NCBI GenBank assembly: GCA_963667465.2
Contig: CAXXDN010000002.1
Coordinates: 128,001-192,000, forward strand
Origin: Dehalococcoidia bacterium
Lineage (GTDB): Bacteria > Chloroflexota > Dehalococcoidia > UBA2979
DNA length: 64,000 nucleotides
Direction: 5' to 3'
Shown here: positions 27,955 through 38,339 of the stretch, piece after piece
How the letters are laid out: every line of letters starts with the position of its first letter
Numbering within the stretch: position 1 is the first letter of the stretch
Translations under genes and position numbers: made by a program
Notes under the pieces: model-generated
What the model was told of the DNA's origin: nothing
Database searches by the model: none
What the model saw: only the letters and a program-made list of their open reading frames with translations

Positions 27955-28836
27955 CTACAGCAGCCCGGCGCTCCGCAGTTGCTCCAGGCAGGTCTCGCCG
28001 ATCTGCGAGGGGGAGTCGGCGACCATCGCGCCGGCCTCTCGCAGGGCGGCCTTCTTGGCGTCGGCGGTGCCGGCCTTGCCGGCGATGATCGCGCCGGCGT
28101 GGCCCATGCGACGGCCGGGCGGGGCCGTCGCGCCCGCGATGAAGGCGGTGACCGGCTTCGACATCTGCGCGACGTAGGCCGCGGCCTCCTGCTCGGCGGT
28201 GCCGCCGATCTCTCCGATCAGCACGACCGCCGCCGTGTCCGGGTCCGCCTCGAACAGCGCCAGCGCCTCGGCCTGCGTGGTGCCGATGATCGGGTCGCCG
28301 CCCACACCGACGCTCGAGGACTGGCCGATGCCGGCTCGCGTCAGCTGGTCGACAGTCTCGTAGACGAGCGTGCCGGAGCGCGAGATTACGCCCACGCTGC
28401 CCTCGAGGTAGACGTCGGTCGGCATGATGCCGGCGCGGGCGCGAGCCGCCGGCGTGATGACGCCGGGGCAGTTGGGGCCGATCAGCGTCGTCTCCATGCC
28501 CTGCAGCGCGCGCTTCACGCGCACCATGTCCTGGACCGGAATGCCCTCGGTGATGCAGATCGCGACGGGGATGCCGGCGTCCGCTGACTCGAGGATCGCG
28601 TCGGCGGCGAAGGGCGCCGGCACGAAGATCAGCGAGACGTTCGCACCGAACTCGTCGACGGCCTCGCGCACGGTGTTGCGGATCGGCGTGTCCTCGAGGA
28701 CCTGGCCGCCGCGGCCGGGCGTGACGCCACAGACGATCTGCGTGCCGTACTCGCGGCTGGTCTTCGCCTCGCGCTGCCCGGCGCCGCCGAAGCCCTGGAT
28801 GACGACGCGGCTGTTCTCGTCCAGCAGTACGCCCAC
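27955..28836 (-). CDS. sucD: Succinyl-CoA ligase alpha subunit
   Basis: GVTPG, CITEGIP, IGPNCPG, SRSGTL, GGDP, RMGHAGA. Confidence 0.97.
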   Translation of the reverse strand: MGVLLDENSRVVIQGFGGAGQREAKTSREYGTQIVCGVTPGRGGQVLEDTPIRNTVREAVDEFGANVSLIFVPAPFAADAILESADAGIPVAICITEGIPVQDMVRVKRALQGMETTLIGPNCPGVITPAARARAGIMPTDVYLEGSVGVISRSGTLVYETVDQLTRAGIGQSSSVGVGGDPIIGTTQAEALALFEADPDTAAVVLIGEIGGTAEQEAAAYVAQMSKPVTAFIAGATAPPGRRMGHAGAIIAGKAGTADAKKAALREAGAMVADSPSQIGETCLEQLRSAGLL

Positions 28837-28837
28837 G

Positions 28838-30004
28838 TTATGCTCCCTCGCCTGCCGCCTCGACGGACTTGCGCGCGGCGTCGGCGAAGCCGTCCGCGCG
28901 GATCAGATCGATGCCCGATTCGTCGAGGATGCGCGTGCCCTCCTCGACGTTGGTGCCGGCCAGCCGCACGACCGTTGGCTGCGGGATCAGGCCGCCGCGC
29001 CTGGCCTGCACCACGCCCTCCGCGATCACGTCGGTGCGCGCGAGGCCGCCGAAGATGTTGACCAGCACGGCCTTCACGTCCGGGTCGGCGCCGATCAGCC
29101 GCAGCGCGGTGACGATCGCCTCCGGGTCGTTCGCGGTGCCGATGTCGAGGAAGTTCGCTGGCTCGCCGCCCTCGAACTTGATCGCGTCCATCGTCGCCAT
29201 CGCGAGACCGGCGCCGTTGACCATGCAGCCGATGTCGCCGTCCAGCTTGACGTAATTCTGCACGCCGGCCTCTTCCGCCTCGACCTCGAGCGCGTCGTCC
29301 TGCGACTTGTCGCGCAGCTCGGCGAGGTCGCGATGCCGGAAGTCGGCGTCGTCGTCGATGCTGAACTTGGCGTCGACGGCGAGCAGCTTGCCGTCGCCGG
29401 TGACGACGAGCGGGTTAATCTCGGCGAGCGAGCCGTCGTTCTCCTCGAAGGCCCGGGCGAGAGCGGAGATCAGCGCGACGGCGGGGCGGTTGAGGTCGCC
29501 ATCGAGGCCGGTCGCGAAGGCGAGGGCGCGCGCCTGGTAGCCCTGGAAGCCGCAGGCCGGGTCGATCGCCTGGCTGTGGATCTGGTCCGGCGTCTCCTCG
29601 GCGACCTGCTCGATGTCCATGCCGCCGGCCGCCGAGGCGATCATAACGGGCCGCCCGGACTGGTTGTCGATGACGGCGCCGAGGTAGAGCTCGCGGGCGA
29701 CGTCGATCTGCTCCTCGATGAGCACCGAGTTGATCGGCTGGCCCTGGGGGCTCTGGATGGTGACGAGGTTCGTGCCGAGCAGCTCCTCGGCGGCGGCGCG
29801 CGCCTCCCCGGCGGAGTTGGCGAGCTTGATGCCGCCCGCCTTGCCGCGTCCGCCGGCGTGCACCTGCGCCTTGACGACGACCTTGCCGCCGAGCTCCTCG
29901 GCGGCGGCGGCGGCTTCATCGGCGCTGCGGGCGACCTTGCCGCCTGGCGTGGGCACGCCGTAGCGCGCCAGTAGTTCCTTGGCCTGGTACTCGTGCAGCT
30001 TCAT
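28838..30004 (-). CDS. sucC: Succinyl-CoA ligase beta subunit
   Basis: MKLHEYQAKELL, KAQVHAGGRGKAGG, EINPL, NGAGLAMATMD, NIFGG. Confidence 0.97.
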   Translation of the reverse strand: MKLHEYQAKELLARYGVPTPGGKVARSADEAAAAAEELGGKVVVKAQVHAGGRGKAGGIKLANSAGEARAAAEELLGTNLVTIQSPQGQPINSVLIEEQIDVARELYLGAVIDNQSGRPVMIASAAGGMDIEQVAEETPDQIHSQAIDPACGFQGYQARALAFATGLDGDLNRPAVALISALARAFEENDGSLAEINPLVVTGDGKLLAVDAKFSIDDDADFRHRDLAELRDKSQDDALEVEAEEAGVQNYVKLDGDIGCMVNGAGLAMATMDAIKFEGGEPANFLDIGTANDPEAIVTALRLIGADPDVKAVLVNIFGGLARTDVIAEGVVQARRGGLIPQPTVVRLAGTNVEEGTRILDESGIDLIRADGFADAARKSVEAAGEGA

Positions 30005-30069
30005 CGCGGGCTCCCGGTGCGGATGCGGGTGGGCGCGCCTCGTGGGTTTCGAGGCGGCGCGGCGGATGG

Positions 30070-30110
30070 TAGCACCTGCCGGGTCGGGGGCAAGGATCGG
30101 CTGCGGTCGC
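30070..30110. repeat. Direct repeat copy 1 (38-41 bp), overlapping the predicted sucC promoter
   Basis: TAGCAC(C/T)TGCCGGGTCGGGGGCAAGGATCGGCTGCGGT(C/T)GC, 39/41 identical to 31152-31192. Confidence 0.95.
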
Positions 30111-30304
30111 GCGGCAGACTCAGGTCGCGCCACGCCTTGCTTGACCGGGCGTTCGGCAGCTCGGTACGTTCGATGCCTAACCAGGGCAGTGACAAGAGCC
30201 CCTAGGCTCTTTCGGCGCAAGCCGGATAACTGGCTTCTCTTGCTTCTCTCGACGTGCGCCAAGAGCGCCTTGACAGCGCTTGTCATGTGGGCAAGGATCG
30301 CCAC

Positions 30305-30361
30305 GCAGGCGGCGATGCCTCTGCCTTTTTGCGGAGGTGTGGCTGCTAGCCCGTCGCCTGC
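30305..30361 (+). ncRNA. Candidate structured RNA (three-way junction) upstream of the DUF3800 gene
   Basis: P1 30305-14/30352-61, P2 30315-24/30331-40, P3 30341-44/30348-51. Four G-U pairs, no mismatches. Confidence 0.55.
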
Positions 30362-30396
30362 CTTCACTACGCTCCCCACCTGACTTGGTCGACTGC

Positions 30397-31146
30397 ATGT
30401 ACTTGCTCTACCTGGATGAGTCTGGGTCGCGTCAGTCTGAGCACTTCGTGGTTGGCGGACTGACAGTTCATGAGCAGGACGCACACTTTGTCGGTCAGGC
30501 CGTGGACCGGCTGTTCCACAACCTCCCACCGGGGCTCGCTGGCAGCGAATTGCATGCTCAGCATATTCGCGGCGGGAAGAAGATCTGGCGGTCTGTAACC
30601 AAGGATGTCCGGCGAGAGCTCATCGATGATGTCGCAGAACTCCTGACCAGTGTGCCGCGCGGCGCGACGCAGTCCCCAGTCCTGTTTGCTGTCGTGATCC
30701 ACAAGTCCTCGTTCCCACACCACAACTCGTTTGAACGCGCATACGAGGAGTTCTTCGCGCGATGTAACGGCTATCTGGGGCGTCGTGCCTCCTTGGGGGA
30801 TCTTCATCGGTGCATCGCGATCGCGGATAGAAGCGGGATCGAGCCGCTTCTTCAGGACTTCATGCGTTCTTGGCGTGAGGAGGGGGCGTCGACGGGTGCG
30901 GCGATTGGCCCGATGGCTTCCTACGCCGAGGTTCCGCTGTTCGTTGACAGCACCGCCAGCAGGTTGGTGCAACTCGCGGACTTTGTCGCTCATTGGGTGT
31001 ACCGGGCGTACGAGTCCGGAGATGAGAGCGTCCTTGAGAGACTCCTGCCCGCCTTCGATGCTAGCGGCGGAACAATTCACGGGTTGGTCCACCTCGTCGA
31101 GCGGTATCGGGAGTGTTCGTGCGCGGCTTGCGTTTCCCGCCGATAG
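30397..31146 (+). CDS. DUF3800 domain protein (predicted RNase H-like fold)
   Basis: MYLLYLDESG, FVVGGL, ELHA, FVDS..SRLVQLADFVA. Lower GC than the flanks. Confidence 0.88.
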   Translation: MYLLYLDESGSRQSEHFVVGGLTVHEQDAHFVGQAVDRLFHNLPPGLAGSELHAQHIRGGKKIWRSVTKDVRRELIDDVAELLTSVPRGATQSPVLFAVVIHKSSFPHHNSFERAYEEFFARCNGYLGRRASLGDLHRCIAIADRSGIEPLLQDFMRSWREEGASTGAAIGPMASYAEVPLFVDSTASRLVQLADFVAHWVYRAYESGDESVLERLLPAFDASGGTIHGLVHLVERYRECSCAACVSRR

Positions 31147-31151
31147 CTCCA

Positions 31152-31192
31152 TAGCACTTGCCGGGTCGGGGGCAAGGATCGGCTGCGGTTGC
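31152..31192. repeat. Direct repeat copy 2
   Basis: Matches 30070-30110 and starts 5 bp after the DUF3800 stop. Confidence 0.95.
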
Positions 31193-31240
31193 TGCGTTCG
31201 GTGCTTTCCCGGCAGCGCGCGGCCTCGTACCCTCGATGGC

Positions 31241-32989
31241 ATGCGGATGTCGCGGCTGTTCGGACGCACGCTGCGCCAGGCGCCCGCCGACGCGGAGACG
31301 GCGAGCCATCGGCTGCTGCTGCGCGCCGGCTGCATCGACCAGCTCATGGCCGGGGCCTACAGCTACATGCCCCTCGGCCGACGCGCCCGGCTCAAGGCCG
31401 AGAACGTCGTGCGCGAGGAGATGGACGCCGCCGGCGGGCAGGAGGTGCTGCTGCCCGCCATCCAGCCGGTCGAGCTGTGGCAGCAGAGCGGGCGCGAGGA
31501 GTCCTTCGGGCCCGTGCTCTTCCACCTCAACGACCAGCGCGGGCGCGGCCTCGTGCTCGGACCGACGCACGAGGAGGTAATCACCCGCCTCTTCGCCGAT
31601 CATTCCAGCTCCTACCGCGACCTGCCCGTCACGCTCTACCAGATCCAGACCAAGTTCCGCGACGAGGGCCGGCCGCGCGGCGGCCTGGTCCGCGTGCGCG
31701 AGTTCACGATGAAGGACGCCTACTCCTTCGATCTCGACGAGGACGGCCTGACCGATTCCTACGAGGCGATGTTCCAGGCCTACCGCCGCATCTTCGCCCG
31801 CTGCGGCGTGCCGACCGTCCCCGTCGAGGCGGACTCGGGCGCGATCGGCGGCAAGGGCTCGCAGGAGTTCATCTTCCTCAGCGAGGCCGGCGAGGACACC
31901 GTCGCGCTCTGCTCGGACTGCGGCTACGCCGCCAACACGGAGAAGGCCGCCTTCGTGCGCCCGCCCGCAGCTCCTGAGGACTCGCTCCCCGTTGAGGAGG
32001 TCTCGACGCCGGGCACGACGACCATCGAGCAACTCGCGACGCTGTTCGACGTCCCCACGTCGCGCACCGCCAAGGCGGTCTTCTACGTGGCCGGGGGCGG
32101 CAGCGATCCGGAGGAGCCGATCTTCGCAGTCGTGCGGGGCGACCTCGAGATCAACGAGGTCAAGCTCTCGAACGAGCTCGGCGGACGCGCCGTGCGCGCG
32201 ATGACGGAAGCCGAGGTCGAGCACTACGGGCTTGTTGCCGGCTCGGCTTCGCCGGTTGGCCTCGGCGACCGGATGGCGGTGATCGCGGACCTCTCGATCC
32301 CGGACTCGCCGAACCTGCTGGCGGGCGCGAACAAGGCGGACGTTCACCTGCGCAACGTCAACCACGGCCGCGACTGGCAGGCGAGCCAGATCGCCGACAT
32401 CGCTCTCGCCGAGGAAGGCCACGTCTGCGCGGCGTGCGGCACGGGCACGATCCAGCTGCGGCGCGGGATCGAGATGGGGCATGTCTTCCGCCTCGGCCAG
32501 ATCTACTCCCAGGCGTTCAGCGCCGACGTGCTCGGCGCGGACGGGCAGGCGGTCGTCCCGACGATGGGCTGCTACGGCATCGGCGTGGACCGCATCGTCG
32601 CGGCGGCCGTCGAGGCGAACCACGACGAGGACGGCATCAGCTGGCCGGTCTCGGTCGCGCCCTACGACGTGCAACTCGTCGCGCTGCGCCTCGACCGCGA
32701 CCCGCCGGTCGCCGAGGAGGCCGAGGCGCTCTACGCAGAGTTGGCCGCTGCCGGCCTCGAGGTGCTGTTCGACGACCGCGACGAGTCGCCGGGCGTGAAG
32801 TTCAACGACGCCGACCTGATCGGCCTGCCCTGGCGGCTCACCGTCTCCGCGCGCAACCAGGAGCGCGGCACCGTCGAGCTGCGCACGCGTGCGACGGGCG
32901 AGGTCGAGCACGTCCCGCGCGGCGAGGTCGCGAGCCGCCTGCAAGCCCTGCGCGCGGTCGCCATCGAGGCCCTCGATCCGGACGCGTAG
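31241..32989 (+). CDS. proS: Proline--tRNA ligase (with editing domain)
   Basis: LGPTHEE, QIQTKFRDE.RPRGGL.R.REF.MKDAYSF, GIEMGHVF.LG, MGCYGIG. Confidence 0.98.
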   Translation: MRMSRLFGRTLRQAPADAETASHRLLLRAGCIDQLMAGAYSYMPLGRRARLKAENVVREEMDAAGGQEVLLPAIQPVELWQQSGREESFGPVLFHLNDQRGRGLVLGPTHEEVITRLFADHSSSYRDLPVTLYQIQTKFRDEGRPRGGLVRVREFTMKDAYSFDLDEDGLTDSYEAMFQAYRRIFARCGVPTVPVEADSGAIGGKGSQEFIFLSEAGEDTVALCSDCGYAANTEKAAFVRPPAAPEDSLPVEEVSTPGTTTIEQLATLFDVPTSRTAKAVFYVAGGGSDPEEPIFAVVRGDLEINEVKLSNELGGRAVRAMTEAEVEHYGLVAGSASPVGLGDRMAVIADLSIPDSPNLLAGANKADVHLRNVNHGRDWQASQIADIALAEEGHVCAACGTGTIQLRRGIEMGHVFRLGQIYSQAFSADVLGADGQAVVPTMGCYGIGVDRIVAAAVEANHDEDGISWPVSVAPYDVQLVALRLDRDPPVAEEAEALYAELAAAGLEVLFDDRDESPGVKFNDADLIGLPWRLTVSARNQERGTVELRTRATGEVEHVPRGEVASRLQALRAVAIEALDPDA

Positions 32990-33056
32990 GCGCCCACGGC
33001 GCGCGCTGAGCAGGCCGCGTGCTACACTGAGCAAGACACCAGCGCCTCCTTGCGAG

Positions 33057-33082
33057 ACGTGGGCCGACGCCCACGTTTTTTT
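33057..33082 (+). promoter_or_regulatory. rimP/nusA-leader-like terminator hairpin
   Basis: ACGTGGGC-cgac-GCCCACGT plus T-tract, between an extended -10 (TGcTACACT, 33020-28) and nusA. Confidence 0.75.
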
Positions 33083-33130
33083 GTAGCAAGGACGGACCAG
33101 CCGGGGACACCCCGGGAGCGGCAGCAGCAC

Positions 33131-34780
33131 ATGAAGAGCGAATTCGTCACCGCGATCGCGCAGCTTTCTGCGGAAAAGAACCTCGATAGCGACACGGTCT
33201 TCGAGGCTGTCGAGGCGGCAATGGCCTCGGCCTACAAGAAGGACGAACTCCAGTACGCCGAGATCGAGGTCAAGATCGACAGCGAGACGGGCGACATCGA
33301 CGCCTGGCGCGTCTGGGACGTGATGCCCGACGAGGAGATCGAGGACGACGAGATCCAGGTCTCGCCGGAGCGCGCGGTGGAGATGGGCCACGCCGGCGCG
33401 TCCGAGGGCGATCGCATCCGCGAGCCGCTGGAGGCCTCGCTCGATGCGGGCCGCATCGCCGCGCAGACGGCGAAGCAGGTGGTCCTGCAGCGCCTCCGCG
33501 AGGCCGAGCGCGAAGCGGTCTTTGGCGAATTCACGACGAAGCAGGGTGAGCTGGTTTCAGGCACCGTGCTGCGCGTCGAGGCCGGCCGCCGCAACGTGAT
33601 CCTCGACCTCGGCAGGACCGAGGCCGTGCTGCCGTCGGCCGAGCAGGTGCGGCCCGAGCACTACCGTGTGGGGCAGCGGCTGCGGGTCTACGTGAAGGAG
33701 GTCTACCGGGCAGCCAAGGGGCCGCAGGTGGTCGCCTCGCGCTCGCATCCGGAGCTGCTGCGCCGGCTGCTCGAGCTCGAGTCGCCGGAGATCGCCAAGG
33801 GCACGGTCGAGATCGTGACGATGGCGCGCGAGCCCGGCTTCCGGAGCAAGATCGCAGTGATCTCGCGCCAGGACGGCGTCGACCCGATCGGCGCGGTCGT
33901 CGGCGTGCGTGGCGCGCGCATCCAGAACGTGGTCAACGAGCTCGGCGGCGAGCGCATCGACATCGTCCGCTGGGATCCGAACGAGGCGGGCTTCGTCGCA
34001 AACGCGCTGAGTCCCGCCGAGGTCGTCTCGGTGCGTCTCGATGACGAGACGAACACCGCCTTCCTGGCGGTGCCGGACAAGCAGCTCAGCCTGGCGATCG
34101 GCAAGGAGGGGCAAAACGCGCGCCTGACCGCGCGCCTGACCGGCCGCCGCGTCGAGATCAGCCCGGAGAGCCTGCTGATCCGCAGCGGCGAGGACCTCTA
34201 CCCGCCGCCCGAGCCGAACATGGACGCGCTTCCGCTGGCGCCGGCGCCGGCGCTTCCGACGCTGCCGGACATCGTGGCGCCCTCGCAGGCCGGATACGCT
34301 CGGCCGGGGCTCCCCGGCGAGCACGAGCTGGCCGAGGCGCCCGCCGAGCCCGCCCCGCTCACGCCGGAGCAGGAGGTGCTTGCCGAGTTCGCCGAGCCCA
34401 CCGAGGGTGCACCGGCGGAGGAGGCCGCCGCCGCTGCCGAGGTCGTCGTCGAGGAGGCGCCCGCTGCGCCCGCTGCGGCGCCCGCCGCGCCGCGGTCCGC
34501 TCCCGGCGGACTGCGCTTCGCCGAAGAGATCGGCGAGTTGCGTGACATCGACGACGAGCCGGATCGCCCGGCGCGAGGAGGCGCCCGTGGCCCGGCGCGC
34601 CGTCGCCGCCGCGGTGGGGCCGCGCCGACGCCCACCCGCCCGCCGCGCGGTGGCCGCCGCCGCTTCGAGGTCGACGAGGACGAGATCGAGGAGGGGCTCA
34701 GCGAGCTCCACGGTGACTTGCCCTTCGAGGACGAGGAAGAGAACGAGTACGAGGAGTACGAGGACGAAGGCGATCGGTAG
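33131..34780 (+). CDS. nusA: Transcription termination factor NusA (long acidic C-terminal tail)
   Basis: GRIAAQTAKQV..QRLREAER, AREPG.RSKIAV, GERIDI, QLSLAIGKEGQNARL. Confidence 0.97.
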   Translation: MKSEFVTAIAQLSAEKNLDSDTVFEAVEAAMASAYKKDELQYAEIEVKIDSETGDIDAWRVWDVMPDEEIEDDEIQVSPERAVEMGHAGASEGDRIREPLEASLDAGRIAAQTAKQVVLQRLREAEREAVFGEFTTKQGELVSGTVLRVEAGRRNVILDLGRTEAVLPSAEQVRPEHYRVGQRLRVYVKEVYRAAKGPQVVASRSHPELLRRLLELESPEIAKGTVEIVTMAREPGFRSKIAVISRQDGVDPIGAVVGVRGARIQNVVNELGGERIDIVRWDPNEAGFVANALSPAEVVSVRLDDETNTAFLAVPDKQLSLAIGKEGQNARLTARLTGRRVEISPESLLIRSGEDLYPPPEPNMDALPLAPAPALPTLPDIVAPSQAGYARPGLPGEHELAEAPAEPAPLTPEQEVLAEFAEPTEGAPAEEAAAAAEVVVEEAPAAPAAAPAAPRSAPGGLRFAEEIGELRDIDDEPDRPARGGARGPARRRRRGGAAPTPTRPPRGGRRRFEVDEDEIEEGLSELHGDLPFEDEEENEYEEYEDEGDR

Positions 34781-34824
34781 CGCGCCGCCGCGAACGCGAA
34801 TAGCGACGGGACGGATACACGGCA

Positions 34825-35154
34825 ATGGCCCCGGCCCGCACACGGACGCCGCCGCAGCGTAGCTGCCTGAGCTGTCGGGAGCAGCGCGACCAGCGTTCGC
34901 TGACCCGGCTGGTGCGCGGCGCGGACGGCTCGGTCAGCGTCGACGAGCGGGGGCGAGTGCCGGGACGCGGCGGCTACCTCTGCGAGTCGGCCGCCTGCTG
35001 GCAGCAGGCGCTCGAGGGCGGACGGCTTGATCGGGCGCTGCGGACCTCGGTCAGCGCCGCCGACCGCGCTACACTGCGAGGGTACGCTCAACGGCACGGC
35101 GCCGGCGAAGCCGCGGCTGCCGGGACCCGGGGAACGGGAGAGAGCGAGCAATGA
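34825..35154 (+). CDS. ylxR: YlxR/DUF448 family protein
   Basis: PQRSC..CR, L.RLV, GRGGYLC...C. Lies between nusA and infB. Confidence 0.9.
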   Translation: MAPARTRTPPQRSCLSCREQRDQRSLTRLVRGADGSVSVDERGRVPGRGGYLCESAACWQQALEGGRLDRALRTSVSAADRATLRGYAQRHGAGEAAAAGTRGTGESEQ

Positions 35155-36959
35155 CACAGGCCCCGGACCAGACCGTTCCAGCGGCGGAGTCGCCGCGCGT
35201 CACGATCCCCCCCGCGGTCGTCGTCAGCGACCTCGCGGGCCTGCTCGGCATCACGCCGGTCGACGTGATCAAGGAACTGATGAAAAACGGCGTGATGGCG
35301 ACCATCAACCAGGTGGTCGACTTCGACACGGCTGCCGTCGTCGCCGCCGACCTCGGGTACGCGCCCGAGGAGGAGGGCGACGAGGAAGCAGCCGCCGTCG
35401 CCGGCGAGGACGAGTCCGCGCCGCTCTCGCGCCGGATCATCGAGGAAGGCGAGGACGCGCAGCCGCGCGCGCCAGTGGTCACCGTGCTCGGGCACGTCGA
35501 CCACGGTAAGACGACGCTGCTGGACACGATTCGCCGCGCCAGGGTCGTCGAGGGCGAGGCCGGAGGGATCACCCAGCACATCGGCGCCTACCAGGCCAGC
35601 GGGCCGGACGGGCGCACGCTCACCTTCATCGATACACCCGGCCACGAGGCGTTCACGGAGATGCGCGCGCGCGGCGCGCAGGTCACGGACATCGCGATCA
35701 TCGTCGTCGCCGCCGACGACGGGGTGATGCCGCAGACGCGCGAGGCGATCGACCACGCGCGCGCAGCCGGCGTGCCGATCGTGGTGGCGGTCAACAAGAC
35801 GGACCTCCCCAACGCCAACCCGGACCGTGTGAAGCAGGACTTGATGGGCGCCGAGCTCGTCCCCGAGGACTTCGGCGGCGACACCGTCGTCGTGCCTATC
35901 TCCGCCCTGGGCGGGGACGGCATCGACGACCTGCTCGAGAGCGTGCTGCTGGTCGCCGACCTCGAGGAGTTGAAGGCCAACCCGGACCGCGATGCCATCG
36001 GGGTCGTGCTCGAGGCGGAAACCGACCCCCGGCGCGGCATCGCGGCGACGATTCTCGTGCAGACCGGCACGCTGCATCGCGGCGACGTGATCCGCGCGGG
36101 GCTGAGCTACGGCCGCGTCAAGGCGATGACCGACTCCTCGGGGAAGCAGCTCAGGGAGGCAGGCCCGTCGACGCCGGTGACGGTGCTCGGGCTCAGCGAG
36201 GTGCCGCCCGCGGGCGAGCGCTTCGAGACCGTGAAGAACGAGCGCACTGCACGCGCTGAAAGTGTCGAGCTGCGCCGCTCCGTGGAGCGCGAGGGCAACG
36301 TCCGCACCGGTGTCACCCTGGACACGCTGTTCGGCGAGATCCACCGCGGGGCCGTGCAGGACTTCAACATCGTGCTCAAGACGGACGTGCAGGGCTCGAT
36401 CGAGCCGCTCGTGCGCGCCATCGAGGGCCTCGCCGTGGACGAGATCAACGTCAAGGTCATCCACGCCGCTGCCGGGACGGTCAACGAGTCCGACGTCAAC
36501 CTCGCGGTCGCCTCGCAGGGCGTGGTTATCGCCTTCAACACCCGTGCCGAAACCGGCGCCCAGCGCCTCGCCGAGGCCGAGCACGTCGAGATCCGCGAGT
36601 ACCGCGTGATCTACGACGTGATCGAGGACGTCGAGCAGGCCGTGCGCGGCATGCTGCAGCCGATCTATGAGGAGCGCCGCGACGCCGTCGCCGAGGTGCG
36701 CCAGGTCTTCCGCCGGGGCCGCCGCAACTCGATTGCCGGCTGCCTCGTGCGCGACGGATCCGTCACCCGTGGCTCGCTCGCGCGCGTCATGCGCGGCGGC
36801 GAGATCCTGCGCGAGGCGCGCATCGACTCGCTCAAGCGCTTCCAGGAGGACGCGCGCGAGGTCGCCGCCGGCCTCGAATGCGGCATCACCGTGGACGGCT
36901 TCGAGGCCTTCGAGGAAGGCGATGAGATCGTCACGTACCACATGGAGCAGGTGCGCTAG
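35151..36959 (+). CDS. infB: Translation initiation factor IF-2
   Basis: [39 protein letters not shown]. Confidence 0.98.
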   Translation: MTQAPDQTVPAAESPRVTIPPAVVVSDLAGLLGITPVDVIKELMKNGVMATINQVVDFDTAAVVAADLGYAPEEEGDEEAAAVAGEDESAPLSRRIIEEGEDAQPRAPVVTVLGHVDHGKTTLLDTIRRARVVEGEAGGITQHIGAYQASGPDGRTLTFIDTPGHEAFTEMRARGAQVTDIAIIVVAADDGVMPQTREAIDHARAAGVPIVVAVNKTDLPNANPDRVKQDLMGAELVPEDFGGDTVVVPISALGGDGIDDLLESVLLVADLEELKANPDRDAIGVVLEAETDPRRGIAATILVQTGTLHRGDVIRAGLSYGRVKAMTDSSGKQLREAGPSTPVTVLGLSEVPPAGERFETVKNERTARAESVELRRSVEREGNVRTGVTLDTLFGEIHRGAVQDFNIVLKTDVQGSIEPLVRAIEGLAVDEINVKVIHAAAGTVNESDVNLAVASQGVVIAFNTRAETGAQRLAEAEHVEIREYRVIYDVIEDVEQAVRGMLQPIYEERRDAVAEVRQVFRRGRRNSIAGCLVRDGSVTRGSLARVMRGGEILREARIDSLKRFQEDAREVAAGLECGITVDGFEAFEEGDEIVTYHMEQVR

Positions 36960-37037
36960 CGTCGCTCGCAAGGCAACACCCGGGCGCATGACCCGGCACT
37001 CCCCGCGATCGGAATGGCCTGTGAGGACCGTGCCGCG

Positions 37038-37400
37038 ATGAGCCGACGCCTGGAGAAGGTCAACGACCTCGTGCAGTCGGAAGTGGCCGAGCTGCTGCAG
37101 CGCCGCGTCAAGGACCCGGTGCTGGCGGAGGCCTTCCTCTCGATCACGCGCGTCGAGGTCACCCCGGATCTCTCGACGGCGCGCGTGCACGTGAGTGTAA
37201 TGGGCGCCGACGATGGTGGCGCCGAGGTACTCGTCGCACTCGAACGCAGCGCGCCCTTCCTGCACCGCGAGCTTGTGAAGCGGATCCGCATCAAGCGCGT
37301 GCCCCGGCTGCGCTTCCTGCTCGACGAGTCGATCGCCGAGGCCGATCGCATGACCGTGCTGATGCGCGACCTCGCGCGCTCCGAGGGGCGCGAGCTGTGA
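37038..37400 (+). CDS. rbfA: Ribosome-binding factor A
   Basis: R.EKV, VKDP, SITRVEVTPDL..ARV, VP.LRF..D. Confidence 0.95.
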   Translation: MSRRLEKVNDLVQSEVAELLQRRVKDPVLAEAFLSITRVEVTPDLSTARVHVSVMGADDGGAEVLVALERSAPFLHRELVKRIRIKRVPRLRFLLDESIAEADRMTVLMRDLARSEGREL

Positions 37401-38329
37401 GCGCCCCGGCACGCGCGCAGGCCCCGGCGCTGAGCGGCTTCCTCAACATCGACAAGCCTCCGGACATGACCTCGTTCGACGTGGTGCGGGTGCTGCGGCG
37501 CGCCGCCGGCATCCGCCGCGTCGGCCACGCCGGCACCCTCGACCGCCCCGCGACCGGCGTGCTTCCGGTCGCCCTCGGACCCTCGACGCGGCTGATCGAG
37601 GCGCTGATGGATGCGCGCAAGCGCTACCGCGCCCGGATCACGCTCGGCGTCGAGACCGACACCTACGACGCCGCGGGCGAGGTGCAGGCAAGCTGCGACG
37701 CCTCCGGCGTGACGCCCTCCGACGTCGAAGCCGCCCTCGAGGCCTTCCGCGGCGAGTTGATGCAGCTGCCGCCTGCCTTCAGCGCGGTGAAGATCGACGG
37801 CGAACGCGCCTGGCGCGCGGCCCGGCGCGGCGAGCAGCCGCAGCTCGAGCCCCGGCCGGTCACGGTCTACGAGCTCACGCTTGGCGCCTGCGAGCTGCCC
37901 GAACTGGAGATCGATGTCGAGTGCAGCAAGGGCTTTTACATGCGCTCGCTGGCGCATGACCTCGGCGAGGCGCTGGGCGTGGGCGGGCATCTCGCCAGCC
38001 TCAGTCGCACCGCGGTGGGGCCGTTTCGCCTCGACGACGCGGTCGCGCTCGACGACGCGGTGCTGATGCTTGAGGGAGGGCTGAGCGAGGATCTGGTGCA
38101 CGCTCCGGACGCGGTGCTGCATGACTGGCCGGCCGTGGTCCTCGGCAAGCGCTCGATCGCACTGGCGCGGCAGGGACGCGACGTGCGCCCCCGTCCGGTC
38201 GGCGGACGGCCCCCGGCGCGGGTCGGCGTGAAGGCGCGCGGCTATGGCGCGCACGGCAAGCTCGTCGCGCTGCTCGAGTGCGGCCCGATCCCCGGCGTCT
38301 GGCACCCCTACCGCGTCTTCGCCGAGTAG
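37397..38329 (+). CDS. truB: tRNA pseudouridine(55) synthase
   Basis: DKP..MTSFDVV, GHAGTLD.PATGVL, TDTYDA.G, PP.FSAVK, CSKG.Y.RSL. Confidence 0.95.
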   Translation: MSAPARAQAPALSGFLNIDKPPDMTSFDVVRVLRRAAGIRRVGHAGTLDRPATGVLPVALGPSTRLIEALMDARKRYRARITLGVETDTYDAAGEVQASCDASGVTPSDVEAALEAFRGELMQLPPAFSAVKIDGERAWRAARRGEQPQLEPRPVTVYELTLGACELPELEIDVECSKGFYMRSLAHDLGEALGVGGHLASLSRTAVGPFRLDDAVALDDAVLMLEGGLSEDLVHAPDAVLHDWPAVVLGKRSIALARQGRDVRPRPVGGRPPARVGVKARGYGAHGKLVALLECGPIPGVWHPYRVFAE

Positions 38330-38339
38330 CCTCGCGGCC

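Noticed and set aside
30005-30529. N-terminal extension of SucC, or a small minus-strand protein in the DUF3800 cassette
   Set aside because: The canonical MKLHEYQ start is at 30004. The extension crosses the repeat boundary and has no recognisable motif, though a small ORF cannot be fully excluded.
33000-33131. Absence of rimP before nusA, and ribF separated from truB
   Set aside because: Ordinary lineage-level gene-order variation. The leader hairpin is a known element type.
37520-37565. TruB motif GTLDRP instead of GTLDP
   Set aside because: The catalytic Asp is retained, and a single substitution is not enough to claim altered function.
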